Shown here one piece after another: positions 10,501-21,321 of a stretch of 64,000 bases of DNA. Below the pieces are notes generated by a model, which was given only the letters and a program-made list of their open reading frames with translations, was not told the origin of the DNA and did not search any database. The DNA comes from Nitrospirota bacterium (GTDB lineage: Bacteria; Nitrospirota; UBA9217): positions 2,368,001 to 2,432,000 of the forward strand of contig OY760142.1 in the NCBI GenBank assembly GCA_963663225.1, written 5' to 3'. Numbering within the stretch: the stretch's first letter is position 1; each line of letters begins with the position of its first letter. Both the position numbers and the translations under genes were made by a program.

Positions 10501-11455
10501 AGACGCAAAAATATATGTTGCAGGACATACGGGCCTTCTCGGTTCGTCACTCATCAAAAAATTGACTGCTTCGGGATATCGTAATGTTATTATAAGGAGT
10601 CATGAAGAGGCTGATCTGACTAATTGGAGTGCAGTAGATACTCTGTTTAGGCAAGAAGAGCCTGAATATGTTTTTCTCTGCGCCGGATTAACCGGCGGAA
10701 TTTATGCCAATAAGACCTATCCTGCAACGTTTTTGAGAACTAATATTGCAATTCAAAACAACGTATTCGAAGCTGCTCAACGGTACAAGATAAGACACCT
10801 TGTTTTTTATGGTTCTTCCTGTGTATATCCTAAGAATAGTCAACAGCCTATAAAAGAAAGTTATCTTTTTCAAGGTGAAATTGAATCAACCAGTGAGGCT
10901 TATGCGATTGCAAAAACGGCAGGCATAATCGGCTGCCGGTCCTTTAATAGTCAATACAAAACAAATCGCTTCATTGCGTTGTTGCCGAATTCAATGTACG
11001 GGCCATGCGATAATTTTGATGTTAATAATTCCCATGTACTATCTGCATTGATCAGACGAATTCATGATGCCCATCAGGCCGGTGATGTCGCAATAACTCT
11101 CTGGGGCAGCGGCTCTCCTCGGCGTGAGTTTATTTTTAACGAGGATGTTGCAGATGCTTCGATTTTCGCAATGCAGAATGCGTCTAAACTGCAGAATAGC
11201 CACTATAATGTCGGAACCGGCACAGACTATTCAATTCGCGAATTAGCAGAAATAATTGCCGCTATCATTGGTTTTAAAGGAACAATTACCTGGGACGTAA
11301 GTAAGCCAGACGGAACAATGCGCAAACTTTTAGACAGCTCAAGATTTTTAGAACTTGGCTGGAGGCCGAACGTTGCATTAAAAGAGGGCTTGAAACTTAC
11401 ATATCAATGGTACCTAAAAAATCAACCTTGCAATAAAAGGATGTTCTATGAATAA
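10493..11455 (+). CDS. GDP-L-fucose synthase/ColC-like epimerase-reductase
   Basis: AGHTGLLGS, GSSCVYP (catalytic Cys), YAIAK, SHVLSAL (catalytic His), WGSGSPRREF, KPDGTMRK. Confidence 0.85.
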   Translation: MFKDAKIYVAGHTGLLGSSLIKKLTASGYRNVIIRSHEEADLTNWSAVDTLFRQEEPEYVFLCAGLTGGIYANKTYPATFLRTNIAIQNNVFEAAQRYKIRHLVFYGSSCVYPKNSQQPIKESYLFQGEIESTSEAYAIAKTAGIIGCRSFNSQYKTNRFIALLPNSMYGPCDNFDVNNSHVLSALIRRIHDAHQAGDVAITLWGSGSPRREFIFNEDVADASIFAMQNASKLQNSHYNVGTGTDYSIRELAEIIAAIIGFKGTITWDVSKPDGTMRKLLDSSRFLELGWRPNVALKEGLKLTYQWYLKNQPCNKRMFYE

Positions 11456-12275
11456 GCAGTTATTTAATCTCCATGCAATGAATGAAAAAGCACGGTGGGT
11501 CCGGACAGAGACCTTGAATATTCATAGAATTGCTCAGGAAGCTCGAATTGCCTCATCATTATCTTCCGTAGAAATTTTCGTTGCGCTGTATTATGGCGAT
11601 ATTCTTCAATTCGATTCTCGCAATCCGCGATGGGAGTTTCGAGACCGATTTGTTATCAGCAAAGGACACGGTTCAATCTCCTTGTATCCTATTCTGGCTG
11701 ATTTAGGATATTTTGACAAGCAAGAACTGCAGCGGGTATGCAAAGAAGGCACTTTTTTAGGGGGTATTCCTGATCCTATAATTCCGGGATATGAAAGCGT
11801 CAATGGTTCCTTGGGGCACGGACTTGGAGTCGCGTGCGGCATGGCATTAGGACTTAAGGCTAAGAGCAAAAATGAATCAGTATTTGTTCTTGTCGGTGAT
11901 GGGGAACTGAATGAAGGATCAATGTGGGAAGCTGTTATGCTGGCCCATGCACAGCGTCTAGACAACTTGATTGTGATTGTCGATAACAACAAAATCAGCA
12001 TGCTTGATTATTGCGAAAAAATTCTCGATCTTGAACCACTCGGAGAAAAATTCAACGCTTTTAAGTGGCACGTACAGACGGTTGACGGGCATGATCTGGA
12101 GCAGCTTTACAGCGCACTGAAAAAGTTGAAAGCTAAAAAAGACGGCAAGCCAAAAGTTCTCATTGCAAATACCGTTAAGGGAAAGGGAGTCCGGAGTCTG
12201 GAAAACGACTCTCTCTGCCACGTAAAAAATGTTTCCCCGGATATCATAGATGCCGCAATTAAGGAACTGCAATGA
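11448..12275 (+). CDS. Split transketolase-like enzyme, N-terminal ThDP-binding subunit
   Basis: RDRFVISKGH, GSLGHGLG, ThDP motif GDGELNEG...DNN, VDGHD, TVKGKG. Confidence 0.9.
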   Translation: MNKQLFNLHAMNEKARWVRTETLNIHRIAQEARIASSLSSVEIFVALYYGDILQFDSRNPRWEFRDRFVISKGHGSISLYPILADLGYFDKQELQRVCKEGTFLGGIPDPIIPGYESVNGSLGHGLGVACGMALGLKAKSKNESVFVLVGDGELNEGSMWEAVMLAHAQRLDNLIVIVDNNKISMLDYCEKILDLEPLGEKFNAFKWHVQTVDGHDLEQLYSALKKLKAKKDGKPKVLIANTVKGKGVRSLENDSLCHVKNVSPDIIDAAIKELQ

Positions 12276-13237
12276 ACTCAACAAAAAAAACCATGAGGGA
12301 CGTTTTTATCGAAGGCATTTATAATCGAATGCAGCATGATAGAACGCTCTTTTTCCTCACCGCTGATTTTGGATCGCCTAAGTTGGACAAAATACGAGCA
12401 GACTATCCCGATCGATTTCTTAATGTTGGAATTGCTGAGCAAAATTTGATCAATGTCGCCGCGGGATTGGCATTGGAAGGTTTTACCGTCTATGCATACG
12501 CTATAGCACCCTTTTTAATAATGAGAGCTTATGAACAGATTCGAAATAATCTGTCGCTTCTCTCCCATACGCATCAGGTAAATGTGAATTTGTTCGGTGT
12601 CGGCGGCGGACTCAGCTATGATGTGTCCGGCCCAACACATCACTGCTTGGAAGATATCAGCATAATGCGCACTCTACCGAATATTACCATTTTTTCACCG
12701 AGCGATTGGGTGCTTGCAGAACAGTTCATAGATTTTTCTATTGATACAAAAACCCCCAAATACATGCGTTTTGATGGAAAACCTTCGGTCAATATTTATG
12801 ATCCTCAGAAGAAAATTGATTTAAAAGCCGGCTTTATTGAACTTGTTCAAGGAGAAAATATTTGCATCGTCTCGACAGGTTTTATGACGCGTACCGCATT
12901 GAAAGCTATTGAAACACTTGTTGAAGAAAACATCAACCCTGGTCTTATAGACGTTTTTCTCGTGAAACCACTATCCGCAGATATCCTTTACAATTGCATA
13001 AAAAAGTATAAATATGTTGTTACGATAGAGGAAGGCTTTACCAATAAAGCAGGCCTTGATTCGATAATTGCCAATATACTGTGTGCGCAAAAATCAGATA
13101 TCGTGCTGGAAAAAATGGGATTCGGAGATGCCTACGTTTTTGATATCGGCAGCAGGGAATACTTACACGCTTTGTATGGGTTAGATGAAAAGGGGATTGC
13201 GAAAAAAATTATAAAAATCCAGAATGCGTCCGTATGA
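12272..13237 (+). CDS. Split transketolase-like enzyme, C-terminal subunit
   Basis: NVGIAEQN, RAYEQIRN, GPTHHCLED, YMRF, TIEE. Confidence 0.9.
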   Translation: MNSTKKTMRDVFIEGIYNRMQHDRTLFFLTADFGSPKLDKIRADYPDRFLNVGIAEQNLINVAAGLALEGFTVYAYAIAPFLIMRAYEQIRNNLSLLSHTHQVNVNLFGVGGGLSYDVSGPTHHCLEDISIMRTLPNITIFSPSDWVLAEQFIDFSIDTKTPKYMRFDGKPSVNIYDPQKKIDLKAGFIELVQGENICIVSTGFMTRTALKAIETLVEENINPGLIDVFLVKPLSADILYNCIKKYKYVVTIEEGFTNKAGLDSIIANILCAQKSDIVLEKMGFGDAYVFDIGSREYLHALYGLDEKGIAKKIIKIQNASV

Positions 13238-14216
13238 TGCCATGGTCAAAAAAAAAATTATTGCTATTGTAACAGGAATTATAATAAGTCTTGCACTTTT
13301 AACCGGAGCCTTTTTTAATACAAATTTTTACAATTTTATTGCTTCATTAAAAAAAACCGAACCTCACGTTCTTTTTTTGTGTATTTTTTTTATTTTTTTA
13401 TCATATTGTACCAGGGCCCTGATGTGGCGTATTACCACAACTCGGTTCCACGACAAAACTATACGTTTTTCCACGCTGTTCGGTGGAATCGCCGTCGGAT
13501 ATATGGTAAATGGTATTTTGCCGTTTCGTGCGGGTGAATTTTTCAGAGCTCAGTTTTTGGCGTCAATGACGGGGCTGGGCCGAACGTTTGCTTTATCAAC
13601 AATTTTTATAGAACGCATCCTGGATATGATTACCTTGAGTTGCCTCTTAATTATCGGCATTTTTTGGGGCATCCAAGGATTAACCTCCCAAACTGTAAAA
13701 GTTATATTGCTGATTTGCCTGTTTATCATCTTGGTAGCGATACTCCTGATAAAATACTCTGATAACCTCGAAAAAATGAAACATAAGCTTGCCCGTTTTT
13801 CGCCTAGGTTACCCGAAATTCTTGCTCATTTCCTTTTACCGTTTCAAAAATTACGTGAAATAAAAAAAATAGTATCACTCTTCTTGCTCAGCCTTATATC
13901 CTGGATGTGTATTTATTTGTCTCTCTTGATGCTTGTTTATTCATCAGTCCCCATAGAAACATATAAAGCCGCACTTTTACTCTTCTTATTTGTAAATATT
14001 GGCATGCTTATACCCGCAGCTCCCAGTGCACTCGGTGTTCTTCAAATGGCTTTTTGGCTATCCCTCGCGCAGTTCAATGTTTCGAAAGAAGAAGCGCTGG
14101 CCCTCTCATTTGTATTTTTGTTTGTGTCATTCTTTTTTAATGCAAGCCTCGGGCTTCCCTATTTTGTTAAAGCGCATTTATGGTCGCAAAGAAAAGACAT
14201 TCAGGATAATCGATGA
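13224..14216 (+). CDS. UPF0104/LPG-synthase-TM family membrane protein (putative flippase)
   Basis: About 8 TM segments, N.ILPFRAGE..R, IERILD, P.AP..LG. Confidence 0.8.
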   Translation: MRPYDAMVKKKIIAIVTGIIISLALLTGAFFNTNFYNFIASLKKTEPHVLFLCIFFIFLSYCTRALMWRITTTRFHDKTIRFSTLFGGIAVGYMVNGILPFRAGEFFRAQFLASMTGLGRTFALSTIFIERILDMITLSCLLIIGIFWGIQGLTSQTVKVILLICLFIILVAILLIKYSDNLEKMKHKLARFSPRLPEILAHFLLPFQKLREIKKIVSLFLLSLISWMCIYLSLLMLVYSSVPIETYKAALLLFLFVNIGMLIPAAPSALGVLQMAFWLSLAQFNVSKEEALALSFVFLFVSFFFNASLGLPYFVKAHLWSQRKDIQDNR

Positions 14217-14384
14217 TTGTATAAACACCTGAAAAGCACACTTTTTTAGTATTATGACGCTCGGGTATTTATACCGAACCTCTCTTTTTATCTTTTCGTT
14301 CTTTTCTGAAAAAATCATTTATACATAGTCTTTTAATCAACGAAACTGTTAAAGCAGAAGAAAGTATGTTTTCGTTGTAAATGT

Positions 14385-14439
14385 TTGTTAACTTTGTAGC
14401 TTGAAATTGGTTGACAATGCATTGCATATGCTGTACAAC
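14385..14439 (+). promoter_or_regulatory. BirA-type biotin operator overlapping the bioB -35 element
   Basis: TTGTTAACT-N15-GGTTGACAA (14385-14417) fits the BirA palindrome; TTGACA (14411-14416), 17 nt, then TACAAC. Confidence 0.75.
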
Positions 14440-14454
14440 TCTTCAGGGAGACTC

Positions 14455-15432
14455 ATGATAATGAAATCATCAATATTGAAGGTTCTTGAAAATGTCTTGC
14501 GCAATATAGCAATAGATTATTCAACCGCAACAGCTCTTTCAAAAATATCAGGTACCGACCTTTGGGACTTGCTTGCCGCTTCCACCAGAATACGTGAACG
14601 TTTTCGAGGAAACAGCGTTGATCTCTGCTCCATTGTGAACGCAAAGTCCGGAGAATGCAGCGAGAATTGCGCCTACTGCGCCCAGTCTGTGCATCATAAG
14701 ACAGGAGCACCGATATTCCCCTTGATCTCTGTTGACCGGATGATAGAAGCCGCCAAAAGCGCCAAAGAAAACGGCGCCAAACGATTCTGTATAGTGACGA
14801 GCGGCCGCGGAATTGACACCCATGGAGATCTTGAGAATATCGCAAAAGGAATACGATTTGTGAAAAGCCTTGGATTGTCCCCCTGCGCAACACTCGGGAC
14901 GCTTGTAAAAGATCAACTTGCTTATCTGCAAGACGCTGGTCTTCACCGGTATCATCATAACATCGAAACATCGCGGGAGTATTTCTCCCGTATCTGTACA
15001 ACTCATTCTTTTGATGAACGGCTTGAAGTTTTGAATTATGCGCAGTCAATTGGTCTTTCAACCTGCAGCGGAGGCATCCTGGGCATGGGCGAGAACATGG
15101 ACGACCGGATAAAAATGGCCTTCACCCTGCGGGATCTTGACGTGGATTCCGTGCCGATCAACTTTCTGATGCCGATTGCGGGCACGCCTCTTGAACATCA
15201 AGTCCCTATTCCTGCGCTTGAAGCCCTCCATTCCATTGCATTATTTCGATTTATTTTGCCTGACAAGGAAATACGGATATGTGGAGGCAGAGGCAGCGCG
15301 CTCGGCCAGCTCCATCCATTGATTCTGGCGGCAGGAGCCGACGGCTTTATGATCGGAAATTATCTGACGACTTCCGGTCTGGATCCCAAAGAAGACATTA
15401 AAATGATACATGATCTCGGACTTGCAGTTTAA
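14455..15432 (+). CDS. bioB: Biotin synthase
   Basis: NAKSGECSENCAYCAQS radical-SAM motif, HNIETS, CSGGILGMGE, PINFL, GNYLTT; GGGAG SD before ATG 14455. Confidence 0.95.
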   Translation: MIMKSSILKVLENVLRNIAIDYSTATALSKISGTDLWDLLAASTRIRERFRGNSVDLCSIVNAKSGECSENCAYCAQSVHHKTGAPIFPLISVDRMIEAAKSAKENGAKRFCIVTSGRGIDTHGDLENIAKGIRFVKSLGLSPCATLGTLVKDQLAYLQDAGLHRYHHNIETSREYFSRICTTHSFDERLEVLNYAQSIGLSTCSGGILGMGENMDDRIKMAFTLRDLDVDSVPINFLMPIAGTPLEHQVPIPALEALHSIALFRFILPDKEIRICGGRGSALGQLHPLILAAGADGFMIGNYLTTSGLDPKEDIKMIHDLGLAV

Positions 15433-15436
15433 ATCA

Positions 15437-16285
15437 ATGCGCCAGGCTAATCTCTACAGCCTCCGCATGCACGCCAATGCTGCCGGCAAGCATATTTCAG
15501 GCGCCGAGCGGATATGCACTCTTGATAAAATGAATTCCGTAGTTCAGGATCTTGTCGCTCGAGCAAAAAACAGAACGAAGACACCTGATGAAATCGTCAT
15601 CCATATAGAACATCTCAAGGATGTGCTGTTGCGAACGCTTGCATCGCTGGACGTCATAACGATAGACGCACTGGATATGACTGAGGGGCGAAATGCAGCA
15701 GTCCATCTTTTGAAAGTTCTCGGCATCTCCTCTTCTGCGGCTGAGTCAGGAATACGATGGCTGAGCTGTGGCGCGTCGCCGTCAGGCGATAATATGCGCG
15801 GTGCAATCATCATGGATGCCGAGACCGGAGAAAGGCTTGAGCCGGACCAGGAGCGTGGAGTCCGAGCTACCCGCTTTGACTGGAGCGAAGATGCTTTAAA
15901 AAGGATCATGTTTAAACTCGCGGAGATCGGATTAACTCATCACCGAACACGTGAAGCTCTTGCGCTTGCTACGAAAGTGGCGCATGCTCCCGGCATGATT
16001 GCAGAGCTGTGCTGGTCTGATGAGCCTGACTACACTGCCGGTTATGTTGCTTCCCGGAAAACAGGATATGTTCGTTTTCCTGTTCTAAAACAGACTGGTG
16101 ACCATCTCGGCGGCAGAGTTTTCTTCATGGATTCCCGCACATTGGACGGAGGTGCACTGATCTTTTATCTTCAGAATGAACCGGTTCTGATCAATGCGAC
16201 CGGCAACTGCCGTCCTGCCGTGAAACCGGAAGCCTACTTTGCATCTGAAATTTTTTCTAAAACGATGAACCAGCGCACGGATTAA
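15437..16285 (+). CDS. bioW: 6-carboxyhexanoate-CoA ligase
   Basis: YSLRMHA, HISGAER, MRGA, RGVR, EALALATKV, ELCWSDEPDYTAGYVA. Confidence 0.9.
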   Translation: MRQANLYSLRMHANAAGKHISGAERICTLDKMNSVVQDLVARAKNRTKTPDEIVIHIEHLKDVLLRTLASLDVITIDALDMTEGRNAAVHLLKVLGISSSAAESGIRWLSCGASPSGDNMRGAIIMDAETGERLEPDQERGVRATRFDWSEDALKRIMFKLAEIGLTHHRTREALALATKVAHAPGMIAELCWSDEPDYTAGYVASRKTGYVRFPVLKQTGDHLGGRVFFMDSRTLDGGALIFYLQNEPVLINATGNCRPAVKPEAYFASEIFSKTMNQRTD

Positions 16286-16288
16286 ACA

Positions 16289-17446
16289 ATGTTTGAAACC
16301 GAACTATTCCAACTTGAACAAAACCATTTGTTGCGCAGCCTTACTCCCATCGAATCTTGCCCGGGGCCACATGTTACCATCAACGGCAAAGATACCCTCC
16401 TTTTGTGCTCCAATGATTATCTCGGTCTTGCTGCACATCCTGCTCTTTGCAAAGCTGCATCAGAGGCTATCAAGCAGTATGGCTTCGGTTCCGGCTCCTC
16501 GCGTCTGGTATCGGGCAGTAGTATTCTGCATCATGAACTTGAGCACAGGCTCGCCCGTTTCAAAGGTACTGATGCGGCGCTTGTTTTTAACTCCGGTTAT
16601 GCCGCAAATACCGGCATCATTCAGGCTATCGCTCAGGATGACGATATTATTTTAAGTGACAGTTTGAACCATGCAAGCATCGTTGACGGCTGCAGACTCA
16701 GCAGGGCCCAAGTGCTCATTTACCGGCACAATGACGTAAATCATGCAGAGGAACTTTTTCGGAAACACCATGCTTCAGGACGAAGATTGATCGTTACTGA
16801 CGGTGTTTTCAGCATGGACGGAGATATTGCACCCTTGCCTGATCTGGTACACCTTGCCGAAAGATACAACGCACTTCTTATGGTTGACGACGCACACGCG
16901 ACAGGAGTTCTCGGCAAAACTGGAAGAGGGTCTGTGGAGCACTTTAATCTTGCCGGGCGTGTGCATATTCAGATGGGGACGCTGAGCAAAGCTCTTGGGT
17001 CTTTTGGAGCGTACGTTGCCGGAAACTGCGATTTAATCGAGTTTCTCATAAATCGTGCACGGAGTTTTATTTACAGCACGGCACTGCCGCCGGCGGTATG
17101 TGCCGCATCGACAGCAGCGCTTGATCTCATTGAATGCGAAAGTATTCATCGCGAACGGTTATGGAAGAATCGCAATAAATTTATTGCAGGTTTGCGCGAA
17201 CTTGGGATTGATACGGGCATGTCGGAGACTCCGATCATTCCTTTGATAATCGGTGATTCGGCAAAAACGGCCGAGGCTGCAAAAAAACTTTTTGAATATG
17301 GTGTGTACGCGTCCGCAATCAGGCCGCCGACAGTGCCCGACGGAACGGCACGCATCAGAACCACACTGATGGCTTCACATTCCGATCAGGACATCGATAT
17401 GGCAGTAGACCAGGTGCGCAGGCTGAAGCAAGAAGGGCATTTATAA
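16289..17446 (+). CDS. bioF: 8-amino-7-oxononanoate synthase
   Basis: SNDYLGL, NHASIVDG, DGVFSMDGD, DDAH, GTLSKALG, IRPPTVP. Confidence 0.93.
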   Translation: MFETELFQLEQNHLLRSLTPIESCPGPHVTINGKDTLLLCSNDYLGLAAHPALCKAASEAIKQYGFGSGSSRLVSGSSILHHELEHRLARFKGTDAALVFNSGYAANTGIIQAIAQDDDIILSDSLNHASIVDGCRLSRAQVLIYRHNDVNHAEELFRKHHASGRRLIVTDGVFSMDGDIAPLPDLVHLAERYNALLMVDDAHATGVLGKTGRGSVEHFNLAGRVHIQMGTLSKALGSFGAYVAGNCDLIEFLINRARSFIYSTALPPAVCAASTAALDLIECESIHRERLWKNRNKFIAGLRELGIDTGMSETPIIPLIIGDSAKTAEAAKKLFEYGVYASAIRPPTVPDGTARIRTTLMASHSDQDIDMAVDQVRRLKQEGHL

Positions 17447-17447
17447 A

Positions 17448-18883
<1,436 letters not shown>

Positions 18884-19027
18884 TACAGGAGGTAAAATGC
18901 CTGGAGCGTCGCCTGCACTTGTCGTATCTTTTCTTTTACACCATGTCCTTATCTTTATTTCTCACCGGAAATAGATTCGATTCCTAGTTTAAAACCAAAA
19001 TATAATGATTTGACTTTTATCTTTGGG

Positions 19028-19056
19028 TTGACAAAGCGAATGGAGGCTGTTATTAT
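19028..19056 (+). promoter_or_regulatory. sigma70-type promoter of the DUF62 gene
   Basis: TTGACA-17 nt-TATTAT with an extended TG. Confidence 0.6.
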
Positions 19057-19091
19057 TCTCCAGTTTTGCACGTGCTGTCTTTGAGGGAATT

Positions 19092-19895
19092 ATGTCCGCC
19101 ATTATAACGCTGACCAGTGATTTCGGTGCAAGAGATGCATTTGTTGCAAGTTTAAAAGGGGTCATCTTAAAAATCAACCCGTCAGCCCAGATGATCGACG
19201 TGTCGCACGAAATAGCGCCGCAGGACGTCTGGGAAGCCGCGTTCACGCTGAAGTCTGCTTACAATTATTTCCCGAAAGGTACCGTGCATCTTGCCGTTGT
19301 AGATCCGGGAGTGGGCAGCGTCAGACGACCTATTATAGTGGTGACGGAAAGTTATTATTTCGTCGGCCCAGACAATGGATTATTCACGTTGATTTATCAG
19401 GAAGCTGAAAGGGTCCGGGTCCACCATATTACCGCAACGCATTACTTCTTGCCCAATCCCAGCCAAACGTTTCACGGCAGGGATGTTTTTGCACCCGTTG
19501 CAGCATGGCTTTCCAAAGGAATACCCTCGGGTAATTTCGGCGAGGAAATCACGGATTACCTGAAGCTCAATGTTCCGTCTCCGAAAGTTTCACCCACCAG
19601 CATTGAAGGCCATGTGGTGCATATAGATCGGTTCGGCAATATGATCACGAATATTTCCCTTAAAAGCGTGCAGGCGCTTCTGGGCGAAGAAATGGATATT
19701 TCTTCTCTTGGTGTCACTGTTGTGGGACGGGAAATAAAGGGACTTAAAAAATTCTATGCCGAAAGTGCGCCGGGCGAGGCGTCCGCTCTTATCAACAGCT
19801 CGGGTTTTGTTGAGATATTCGTATTCAAGCAGAATGCCAGAGCCGTTCTTTCCAGTAAAAGAGGAGAAGTCGTCCGAGTAAGCGTGAATAAATAA
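19092..19895 (+). CDS. SAM hydroxide adenosyltransferase (DUF62; chlorinase/fluorinase family)
   Basis: TSDFG, VVDPGVG..RR, GPDNG, TFHGRDVF, DRFGN: the Asp-Arg-His residues of the hydrolase branch are present. Confidence 0.88.
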   Translation: MSAIITLTSDFGARDAFVASLKGVILKINPSAQMIDVSHEIAPQDVWEAAFTLKSAYNYFPKGTVHLAVVDPGVGSVRRPIIVVTESYYFVGPDNGLFTLIYQEAERVRVHHITATHYFLPNPSQTFHGRDVFAPVAAWLSKGIPSGNFGEEITDYLKLNVPSPKVSPTSIEGHVVHIDRFGNMITNISLKSVQALLGEEMDISSLGVTVVGREIKGLKKFYAESAPGEASALINSSGFVEIFVFKQNARAVLSSKRGEVVRVSVNK

Positions 19896-20013
19896 ATTCG
19901 ACACCGGATAAGACAGTATCTGCTTCCGCCTTCCCCGATTTCAGCCGCGTTTATTCCGCATCCTGCCTGAGATACTTGTTGTCTTGGCTTTCTGCGCGTA
20001 TTATAATAACTCC

Positions 20014-21321
20014 ATGAAATATTTTCACATTATTACCTTCGGTTGCCAGATGAACGAGCACGATTCAGAGCGAATGACGGGTGTCCTCGAAGCGCAGGGA
20101 TTTTGGCCTTCTGAAATTGATAAAGCAGACATGATTATCTTGAACACATGCAGCATTCGTGAAAAGGCAGAGCAAAAGTTCTACAGTGAACTCGGTCGGC
20201 TGAAACAGCTGAAGGATTCAAAGCCGGATCTGAAAATAGCGGTTGCAGGTTGTATTGCGCAGCAGGAAGGCGAACATATTCTTGCACGCGCTCCCTATGT
20301 CAATGTGGTGTTCGGCCCGTCGGATATAGCAAAACTTCCGGGTATGATTGACAATTTGACACGGTATACAAAGCCCGTGATAGACACGAGTGGAGATCCC
20401 CAGTACCATTTAAAACACCTGCCTACGGCCCGGGCTGATACAATAAAAGCTTGGGTGTCGATTATGTACGGTTGCGACAATTTCTGCACCTATTGCGTGG
20501 TTCCTTACCTGCGCGGCAGAGAGCGCTCACGCCCTCCCGAAGAAATTGTAAGCGAAATACGGGATCTTGTGCAAAATGGTTATAAAGAAGTCACCCTGCT
20601 GGGGCAGAATGTGAATTCCTATGGCAAGGGATCGGAAACCAAGGCGGATTTTCCCACGCTGCTCAGAATGGTAAATGATCAAACCGGTATTGAGCGCATA
20701 CGGTTTGTAACGTCTCATCCGCGGGACCTTTCGGAAGACCTGATAATCGCTATTCGCGACCTTGACCATGTTTGCGAGTCGTTGCACCTGCCTATTCAGA
20801 GCGGAGCAGACTCCGTTCTCAAAGCCATGAACAGAGGGTACACACGAGAAGATTATCTGCACAAGGTGCACATGTTGAGGCAGGCGGTGCCGGATATCGC
20901 GCTTACCACGGACATCATCGTCGGGTTTCCCGGAGAATCAGAACATGACTTTGCAATGACGATTGATCTTCTTGAGGAAACCGGTTTTGACGGCATTTTT
21001 GCGTTCAAATATTCCAAAAGACCTGGTACGGCTGCGCTCAAACTTTCGGATCAGGTTCCTGATTCAATAAAAGAGAAAAGACTGTCTCGTGTACTTGCGC
21101 TGCAGAAAAAAATCACTCAGGGGAAAAACCAACAGCAGGTGAACACGACCAAGGAAATTCTGATAGATGGATTCAGCAAAAAAGGCGGAAAACTGACCGG
21201 CAGAACAAGAGGAAACAGAGTAGTGAATATTGAAGGGGCCGCTGATCTCATGGGCTCAATTGTACAGGCAAAAATTACTGCGGCAGGCGCGAATTCCCTC
21301 TCGGGGCGTATATGCGAATAG
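20014..21321 (+). CDS. miaB: tRNA-2-methylthio-N6-dimethylallyladenosine synthase
   Basis: TFGCQMNEHDSE, NTCSIRE, GCDNFCTYC, TSHP, C-terminal TRAM domain. Confidence 0.95.
   Translation: MKYFHIITFGCQMNEHDSERMTGVLEAQGFWPSEIDKADMIILNTCSIREKAEQKFYSELGRLKQLKDSKPDLKIAVAGCIAQQEGEHILARAPYVNVVFGPSDIAKLPGMIDNLTRYTKPVIDTSGDPQYHLKHLPTARADTIKAWVSIMYGCDNFCTYCVVPYLRGRERSRPPEEIVSEIRDLVQNGYKEVTLLGQNVNSYGKGSETKADFPTLLRMVNDQTGIERIRFVTSHPRDLSEDLIIAIRDLDHVCESLHLPIQSGADSVLKAMNRGYTREDYLHKVHMLRQAVPDIALTTDIIVGFPGESEHDFAMTIDLLEETGFDGIFAFKYSKRPGTAALKLSDQVPDSIKEKRLSRVLALQKKITQGKNQQQVNTTKEILIDGFSKKGGKLTGRTRGNRVVNIEGAADLMGSIVQAKITAAGANSLSGRICE

Noticed and set aside
19092-19895. Fluorinase or chlorinase
   Set aside because: Retains the Asp/Arg/His residues of DUF62 hydrolases and has no secondary-metabolite context.
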